Assembly (NCBI GenBank): GCA_951406725.2
Contig: OX597823.1
Coordinates: 28,954,001 to 29,018,000 of the forward strand
Reading direction: 5' to 3'
Source of the DNA: Octopus vulgaris
Taxonomy: Eukaryota
DNA: 64,000 nucleotides
A model generated the notes under the pieces. That model saw only the letters and a program-made list of their open reading frames with translations, was not told where the DNA came from and made no database searches. A program made the position numbers and the translations under genes. Within the stretch, counting starts at the first letter, position 1; each line of letters begins with the position of its first letter. Of the stretch, positions 54,861 through 64,000 are shown one piece after another.

Positions 54861-55099
54861 AATAATAATTATTATTATTATTGGTGGTTTTATAGTCGGA
54901 AAAAATGCATCGCGGTATTTGCCGCCTCTTAAAATTGCTGGCTGTGTGTCTAAATTAGAAATAGTTGTAATATATTTAGTCAGTTAATTACTTATTTAAT
55001 TGTATATCATGCTTATAAATAATTGATTTTTAGTGTTTTATAGCTGTGATGCCCTAACAAAAAGCCTTTGATGGGAAGTTACTAAGATCTGTTTCGAAG

Positions 55100-55660
55100 G
55101 TTGTATATTTTTGGAGCACTCGAATATCCGAATTGCTGCCAGCCGATCTACGTGGGAGGATAGATTTGTATTATGAATTGAACATAATACGCTGATGATA
55201 ACGGGTACGACTTTCACTTTTACTCCAGGGTGGATTAACGTATTTCATATTTCTGCTTTAATCTCAGCGTATTTCCAGAACTTTTCTACATCTGTATCTG
55301 CAAGGTAATTTTTTTTCTTTTCTAAAGGTGTTTTAATGTCTGTTACAATATACTTTCTTTTCTTACATCTGATACAAAGGTATCTAGTCTACAGTGTTTA
55401 GTTATTTTCTCTGTATGGAACCTAAAACTCCATACAATTTTTGGTGTACTAGGTTCATTTAGAACATTTACTGGTGAATGATTGAACAGTTTGTCTCAAA
55501 TGTTGTAAGCACATTTCTTCATGCTGTCCGTTATGAACTGAAGACTTATCATTGCTTCTGTTCTTTGTAACATCGTAACACTTTACCGTCTATTATAATA
55601 TGAGGAATATTTCCCACTTGCTGATTACATATGGGATATTTGTTTGTTAGAACAGTGGAA
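55100..55660 (-). mobile_element. Old RLE-LINE remnant
   Basis: Minus strand KYAEIKAEI..VKVKVVPVIIS and a degenerate zinc-knuckle trace; adjacent to an AAT/GAT run. Confidence 0.45.
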
Positions 55661-55662
55661 TA

Positions 55663-55778
<116 letters not shown>

Positions 55779-55975
55779 AGTACATGCAACAAATAGGGGC
55801 TGCAATAAGGGTGGAGCACTTGCAGAAAACAACACTGCTTGGAACCGCGCTCGAATACTCTGGAAGGTGCTCGAAAAATTAGAGATGTTACCTTAGTTCA
55901 CTGGTAGTGAACAGCTGACACTGTAGTACATCTCCAGCGTTAGAAGCTGTGCAAAAACAATAATGATGATGATGG

Positions 55976-56006
<31 letters not shown>

Positions 56007-56456
56007 AAATCTCTGACAAATTAGTAAAAAATAAGGTCCAGGTAATTGAAATACAAAAGCTGTGGTATCTTAAAACGAGAACGGTCCCTGTTATTGAATG
56101 TGCCCTAGGTATGATAAAAAGGGATGCCAGAAATATCTAAATAAGATCTCAGGAGAACCATATATCAGAGAAATCTAAATTATTGTACTGATGAGCACTG
56201 CCCACATCCTTACTAAAAGCCTATCCATCTAAATGTGTTTGTTGTATTACTTGAAGATATTTCGCTATCACTTATCCTCAAACTTTCAGTTATACTATAA
56301 CATCTCTTATCCTTCACTCGCTCCAGGACGTTGGGTGTGTCTAGGGAAGTGACAGTTGCAATGATGCAAATTAAAAGTAAAATAAGAAGAAGGAGGAGGA
56401 GAAGAAAAAGAAGAGGAAGAATAAAAAGAAGAAGAAGAAGAAGAAGAAGAAGAAGA

Positions 56457-57544
56457 ATGCAGTCGCAGTAGTGCGTTATGGCGCTGGAATCCTCAAGTTG
56501 ACAGAATTAGAGATAAAGAGATGGACAGGAAATCAAGAAAGATCTTAACGATGCATGAAGAACATCATCCACTTGCAGACACTGATCGCCTATACATGAA
56601 GAGAGCAAATGGAGCAAGGGGAGTGATATGTGTGGAAGTTTAATGAGATACCTAGCCCAAAGTAAGGAAACATTGCTACTAACAGTTAGGAACAAGGGAG
56701 TATTGAGAGCAGAGAAAAAAAGAAAAAAAGAAAGAAGTACAAAAGGGCAAGAAGAAGAATTCCGCAAGAAGGGACTACGCAATCAATTCCATGTAGCCAC
56801 AACAGAAATTGCTGGAAAAAATAGGTGGGAATGGCTGATGAAAGGAACCCTAAAAAAAGAAACCGAGAGCACTATACTGGCAGCGCAGGACCAAGCTCTG
56901 GCCAATAGTCTCCGCTGTGTCGCATATGCAATAGAATGGAAGAAAACATTGCCCATATCACGAACGGATGCCCTAGACTTGCCCAAAACCACTACAAGTT
57001 GTGGCGACACAATAAGGTAGCGAAAATGCTACATTGGAAACTATGCGAAAAGTGAGGGCTAGAGTTAGGCAAGACTCGGTATGAGCACAGAGCGCAGATA
57101 GTTGCGGAGTTGGAGACTAGCAACATCCTCTGGGATTTCTAATCCAAACAGATCAGGTGTTAGAGCATAATAGACCGGGCATATTTGTGGTGGAGAAGGT
57201 TCACCACATATGCTATATAGTTGATGTTACATGCCGCTTTGACCTACGAATAGTCAAGAAGGAAGGCGTATCGATAGATAGATACAACCCTCTTAAGTAC
57301 GAAATAGCCCGGTTATGGAAAATGGAGAATGTGAAGATAGTGCCAATTATTGTTGGGTCCTTAGGAACAATATCAGAATGTATCAAGGGCAATATAAAGG
57401 AAATTGGAATAGAAATGCTTGCCTCCAAGGTACGGTTAGTACAATCAGGAGAGTATTAGATACCTGAAAAGAATGGCTGCAGATAGTAATCCTACTACGC
57501 ATGCAAGACTCCAGAAGCTCCAACATGACCTGTGATAAAGAGAA

Positions 57545-57545
<1 letters not shown>
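56457..57545 (+). mobile_element. 5'-truncated, frameshifted R4/Dong-like LINE
   Basis: WEWLMKGTLKKETESTILAAQDQAL, WRHNKV, HNRPGIFVV, IVDVTC, RYNPLKYEI, VPIIVGSLG; followed by long (AAT)n. Confidence 0.88.
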
Positions 57546-57605
<60 letters not shown>

Positions 57606-57609
57606 TAAC

Positions 57610-57662
<53 letters not shown>

Positions 57663-57669
57663 TAACAAC

Positions 57670-57722
<53 letters not shown>

Positions 57723-57729
57723 TAATAAC

Positions 57730-57794
<65 letters not shown>

Positions 57795-58944
57795 CGCATT
57801 TGTCGTAACGACACATGCAAAGGACGTAAATGCACAAACAAGTCATTGGCGAATGCAAAAATCTGGTGTTTCATTCCCCCTCATATTTCTCACTATAAAG
57901 TCTTTTTCAGAATTACACAAGCTGCAATATCTTGATAGTTTCTTTACGGCTTGTATCATTAACGGAAGTTTCTAATATATTCTAATATAATTCCCCCACT
58001 CTTTTTCTCTTTTTTTTTTTGCTGTTAATTTCCATGCTTATTGAATAACTTGATGGCATTGCTCTTCTATGTGTTACTGAAGACGAACCTTGATTAAAAT
58101 AATGTTATTTGAAATTACCCGCCCTATTTCCGGCATCGTATTTACGCCCAGTATTTAGATCTTATTCTGTGGATATTACCTCAACTTTGTACATCATTTC
58201 CTCTGCATTACGAATCAAACTTAGAGACCACGAACTTTTGTTTCGCCAAAGGGATTTTTCTCATATTGGTTTGGTTAAATTCCTTTCAAATTGAAGTTTT
58301 TTTATGTATAACTAGAACGTATTTTCCTGTAACATTGGTCGATCGACAAATATTTATTAATTAATCTTCTAAGAAAACAATTTTCTTCAACTGTTCTTTC
58401 TCATTAACGTCAAATGTCAATGTAGCTAAATATTCCTCTAGCTTAATCTACAGCATTTGCCAATCAGATGCAGCTTAATAGAAGCAATTTAAAATTCAGC
58501 GTAATTTCAACGACGACGTCATTTAACCAGCGGATTAGTGGTGCTTATCATAACAGTCCTTCAATGACATGCAATGAAGCAGAAAACCAGCCTGGTCAAA
58601 TATTGCCGACAATTTATGGAACTAAAATTATTGAATGTGTTTTATTCTGCATCCTTCATAAAGAAAATAACAATTATGTGTCTCGTATCATTGGAAATGC
58701 TCGTAATGTACATACTTAATATGTATGCTACATATAATACAACCTGTGAGTTCAGAACAGAAAGACACCCTCGATCCCAGGACTTCAAAGTCATTACATG
58801 GCAACACGCTTATTTCACATGACATTTGATGATCTAACGAGGCCCAAGATGTCGTAAAAGATATACTGGAGACAAGTACCACGTGCTGGGAAACCTACTC
58901 ACAGACACACACACACAGAATTTCACCGACACCATATTTACATA

Positions 58945-59003
<59 letters not shown>

Positions 59004-59005
<2 letters not shown>

Positions 59006-60184
59006 CATTACGTTATATAATTAGGGTTCAGTAAAATAATTTACTTTACCACACACTGAACTTTCAGAAATAGCAGCCAAAAAATCTTAGCTATTTCTTC
59101 TACTATAAGAAAAATCTACCTGACAATGTATACTCAAAAATAATTCACGTAGATATGGAGGGAAAAATAACAAAAGATCACATGTACATTAAGATTACTC
59201 GAGAACGTACGTTTCTAGATTAGTTGAATTTAAAACTCAACATTTCCTTCGTCAGCTCAAAGATTTCTTAGATTTGGATTTGAGAGCACTAAAAATCGAA
59301 CATACCCGTCTGATATGAGTAAACCCAGACAAACCATCTTCGACTGCCAGTACCAACGAATTCAAACAGTATGAATGAAGCTTTGCATTCATCCCGCTTC
59401 CACCCACGTGAGTTATAGAGTAAACAAATTCCTACAGAGAACTGTAGTTGAAAAACAGGGAGAGAGAATTATATTATCAATAATAAAAGGGTAAAATCAA
59501 TTGATTATTAATTAATTTTACCAAGTAGTGCTCAGTATGTAAGAGGACCATTTGAGGTATATTTGAAACATTACGTTATATAATTAGGGTTCAGTAAAAT
59601 AATTTACTTTACCACACACTGAACTTTTAGAAATAGCAGCCAAAAAATCTTAGCTATTTCTTCTACTATAAGAAAAATCTATTTTCCCTTTATACCGGAA
59701 GCGGGATGAATGCAAAGCTTCATTCATACTGTTTGAATTCGTTGGTACTGGCAGTCGAAGATGGTTTGTCTGGGTTTACTCATATCAGACGGGTATGTTC
59801 GATTTTTAGTGCTCTCAAATCCAAATCTAAGAAATCTTTGAGCTGACGAAGGAAATGTTGAGTTTTAAATTCAACTAATCTAGAAACGTACGTTCCCAAG
59901 TAATCTTATGTACATATGATCTTTTGTTATTTTTCCCTCCATATCTACGTGAATTATTTTTGAGTATACATTGTCAGGTAGATTTTTCTTATAGTAGAAG
60001 AAATAGCTAAGATTTTTTGGCTGCTATTTCTGAAAGTTCAGTGTGTGGTAAAGTAAATTATTTTACTAAACCCTAATTATATAATGTAATGTTTTAAATA
60101 TACCGTAAATGGTCTTTTTACATACTGAACACTACTTGGTAAAATTAATTAATAATTAATTGATTTTACCCTTTTATTATTGAT
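59004..60184. repeat. 1.2-kb composite direct plus inverted repeat carrying two hammerhead motifs (probable Penelope pLTR structure)
   Basis: 59004-59401 inverted at 59697-60093; 59474-59566 inverted at 60094-60184; 59004-59118 directly repeated at 59567-59681; TA-flanked. Confidence 0.88.
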
Positions 60185-60272
60185 ATATATATATGTGTAT
60201 ATATATATATATGTGTATGTATGTATGTATGTATTATGTATGTATATGTATATACACACACACACATTTATA

Positions 60273-60411
60273 CAGGGTGGCCCAAAAGTAGGTTTACAGT
60301 TATCACGTAGGCACTTTAAATTTCTTTGAAAACATTTTATTACAATAAATTTCTGTCTTAAAAACTGAAAAGGGAGCTTGACAAATAAACTAAATTAGCA
60401 GAGAATAATGG

Positions 60412-60455
<44 letters not shown>

Positions 60456-60474
60456 CCATGATTCTCTGCTAATT

Positions 60475-60531
<57 letters not shown>

Positions 60532-60898
60532 AATGGTTTCATTTATATATATATATAAATTAATAAATAAAACATATGCATATATACATACATATATGTA
60601 CGTACCTACCTCTACATGTATATATACACTCATATATAGGTACAGGACACCCAAAAAAAAACGTCGAACACAATGAGAAACGAAAACATAAACACAAAAC
60701 CAAGGAACTGGACATTTTTCTTAAACAACAAAAAAATAGAGAACAGGACAAATAACACAAGGAAAATTCCCCTTCTTCAGTTGCCATGGTTTCATCTACT
60801 CTGCGTTTCGAAGGTATATATATATATATAAATGAAACCATTATTCTATGCTAATTTAGTTTATTTGTCAAGCTCCCTTTTCAGTTTTTAAGACAGAA

Positions 60899-60948
<50 letters not shown>

Positions 60949-61017
60949 GATCTAAACTGTTAATGTATACATGCAAAAGAGATAGTTGAATAACTGTAAA
61001 CCTACTTTTGGGCCACG

Positions 61018-61020
<3 letters not shown>
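60273..61020. mobile_element. Tc1/mariner-type MITE with nested insertions
   Basis: 31-bp TIRs CAGGGTGGCCCAAAAGTAGGTTTACAGTTAT (1 mismatch) flanked by TA on both sides. Confidence 0.85.
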
Positions 61021-61095
<75 letters not shown>

Positions 61096-61146
61096 GACAG
61101 ACAGAGACAGAGAGACAGATGGACAGACAGAGACAGAGAGGGATGA

Positions 61147-61183
<37 letters not shown>

Positions 61184-61463
61184 AGGAGAGGGAGAAAGAG
61201 GAATAGAGAGGAAGAAAGAGAGAGAGAGATATAATATTTCGATTTATGTTTCAGCAAATTTTTCTCTGTTTTTTTCTGCTAACTCATCCATCAAGTTCCT
61301 GCTGTTCTTCCAAATAGATATTGCAATTTGGGGAACAACAAACACAGAAAAAGACACCGTTCTGCCATTGATTGGGTGTTGTTTTTTTTTTCTTTCCAAG
61401 GAAAACACCAACTCATTTCATGACAATTCAGCTTCTTTTTTGATGTTTTGTAATTTTCGGCAC

Positions 61464-61765
61464 GTGGAGGCACATGGCCTCGTGGTTAGAGCAGCGGACT
61501 CGCGGTCGAGGGATCGCGGGTTCGAATCTCAGACCAGGCGATGTGTGTCTTTATGAGCGGTAAAAACCTAAACTCCACGCGGCTCCGGCAGAAGATAATG
61601 GCGAACTTCTGCTGAGTCTTTCGCCACAACTTCCTCTCACTCTTTCCTCCTGCATCTTGCAGCTTACCTGCGTCGGACCGGCGTCCCGTCCAGGTGGGGA
61701 ACCTATACGCCAAGGAGACCGGGAAACTGGCCCTTATGAGCCAGGCATGGTTTGAGAAGGAACAA
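61464..61765 (+). mobile_element. tRNA(Arg)-like SINE family D
   Basis: TGGCCTCGTGGTTAGAGCAGCGGACTCGCGG...GGTTCGAATCTC head related to family C, different body, ends in ACA repeats. Confidence 0.75.
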
Positions 61766-62852
61766 ACAACAATTTTCGGCACAAGGCCAGAATTTTTTGT
61801 GGTTGGGTGAGTGGAATACACCGACCCTAGGACTCAACTGGTACTTATTTTTACGACCCTGACAGGGTGAAAGGCAAAGCCGACCCCGGTGGTATTTGAA
61901 CACAGGACGTAATGTCGTGTAGAAATCCTGCTAAGCAATTCTTCCGACATGCTAACGATTCCAACAGCTGGCCGCTAGCATGGTCTGTAAATTAATGGTT
62001 ACAAATTTTGGCACAATGCCAGTAATTTAGGGGGCAGATAGTCGATAACATTGACCCAAATACTTAACTGGTACTTATGTTATCGACTCCGAAAGGATAA
62101 AAAGCAAAGCCGACGCGGCTAGAATTTGTACACAGATAGTAAAAGCACAAAGAAATGGCGTAAAACATTGTTTTCCGGCGAACAAACCATTCTACCAGTT
62201 CACGGCTTTGATGTTTTGTAAAATATTCTTTTCTACTGTAGGTACAAGGCCCGATATTTTGTGGGGACGGACTAGTCGATTAGATCGGCCCTAGCACGCA
62301 ACTAGTCCTTAATTTATCGAACCCGAAAGGATGAAAGGCAAAGTCGACCTCGGCAGAATGATGTTTTATAATAGTGAAACATTTTCTCCACGAATGTATT
62401 TCAAATTCCTACGACATACTATCTGGTCTTGAGATTTATCTTCCTTATCTCATCATATGACGTATTATCAGAGTTGAAAATTAGATTCTCATGACGACTT
62501 CTGACATTCAAGGAAGTTTATAGAAGGTTGGATCCTTACCTCTATGACTTACCGGATTAATGATCCAACAACTAGCCCGCCACCACCACCATCACCACTA
62601 CCACTACAGCACTACCACCACAGCACTACCACCACCCCCACCCCCACCATCACCACCACCACCACCAGCACCACCAGCACCAGCATCACCACCACCACTA
62701 CCTCCACTTTGGATCAGGTTAGAAACCGGCTCTTTCTCTATTGGCGAGAAATCTTGAAATAAAGCTGAACAGTGGCATACATACTCATATACATACATAC
62801 ATACATACATACATACATACATACATACATACATACATACATACACACATAC

Positions 62853-62911
<59 letters not shown>

Positions 62912-63025
62912 GAGAGAGAGAGAGAGTGGTTGTATACTGTCAACTTAACGTGACAGTAAGGGAATTACACCACCACCGTTTAGCCCTAGGAAGCATCGAC
63001 GCTTCCAGTCGGCCTCGACACATCT

Positions 63026-63067
<42 letters not shown>

Positions 63068-63173
63068 GCATATATAGATACAGAGATACACATACTTGTG
63101 TGTGTGTTGTGTGTGTTGTACCTGTGTGTGTTGTATGTCTGTGTGAAAAAGGCAGAGAGAGGAGCAGCGATAA

Positions 63174-63239
<66 letters not shown>

Positions 63240-64000
63240 TTTGTTTCTTTGCTCGTTCCCATATGAGATCTTCATTTCCATGGCATTTGAAGGCACGAGA
63301 TAACAATATTGATTATATTCTCTTCATAGTTAAAGTCACTCGTATTTATAGGGCGATGGTAAAAATGTAACACTCTCATATTTACAATTTCTTCTTTTGT
63401 ACGTTGCAGTGGAGCGGGGCGCGTAAAATTCTTCAGCATTAAACCAAATACGTTCCCTGCAAACATATTTTTCTCCCAATAAATCTGATAACTGTTTATA
63501 ACTGTGCTACTTATAGCATCGCCATAAAACAACAATATATGAACAGAAAATATGCTTACTCCACACCTTTGCACGTGAATGCCATTTTTCCTAATAATAG
63601 TCGATATTTGTGCACCTAAGATAAAAATAAAAGCAAAAATAAAAACCTCTAAAGTTTACTCAAAAATCTTAGACCAAATTTGAAGTGCCTGCAGTCAAGT
63701 ACTTTGATGCTGTGATGTCTGTTTGTCTTGCATCTAAATGGTTTTCTGTCGCTTATTATGCCATGTTTATGTTGCTTTTCCAGTTTGTTTAAAAGCCTTT
63801 TTCGTGAACACTGATAAGCCAACATAATACCCTGAGGCAGAGATTTGTATCTTACACACTTAATGAGACATAATTTCAGCTTCGGACCAGTGTTCTCTGG
63901 AAGGTTAGCGTGAGATTCAAATAATTTGTATGAAAATATCTACTAATGTAGCTTGTTGTCATTAACATGCTATTGAAATCTAAGTGTGTTATTTTAAAGT

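Noticed and set aside
60765-60815. GAAAC...CUGAAGA on the minus strand as a permuted hammerhead
   Set aside because: No UH cleavage site or convincing stems I and III.
61464-61540. tRNA-like sequence with A and B boxes
   Set aside because: No proper acceptor stem and it continues into a SINE body; SINE head, not a tRNA gene.
62530-62710. Strong minus-strand donors (CCG|GTAAGT, GAG|GTAAGG) after a Gly-rich stretch
   Set aside because: Upstream sequence is a GGT microsatellite and a repeat fragment; no acceptor or promoter could be supported.
63272-63574. 100-aa minus-strand ORF
   Set aside because: No recognisable motif or splice context.

Overview
Eukaryotic, AT-rich, extremely microsatellite-dense genomic DNA. 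The SINE families and the (TA)n/(CA)n/(AAT)n load resemble an octopus/cephalopod genome (inference, not verified). Most ORF-track entries are microsatellite artefacts. Real content is mostly mobile DNA: a near-complete CR1-group LINE (tandem CCCH ORF1 plus APE-RT ORF2) and a truncated relative in (TA)n; a HERO-like RLE LINE in (TA)n; several R4/Dong-like RLE LINE fragments and a ~550-bp non-coding element in (AAT)n; Penelope-like remnants with minimal hammerhead ribozymes; Tc1/mariner elements, MITEs and several tRNA-derived SINE families. Three small minus-strand exon candidates splice into one open frame, so the window may be mostly intron of a host gene. Most notable: (1) an HIV-type T TTT TTA slippery site at the LINE ORF1/ORF2 overlap, with ORF2 in the -1 frame and lacking a start AUG, suggesting programmed frameshifting in a LINE; (2) several hammerhead ribozymes, some in inverted pairs; (3) a 3' tail architecture shared by the LINEs and the dominant SINE; (4) partitioning of elements between TA and AAT microsatellites.
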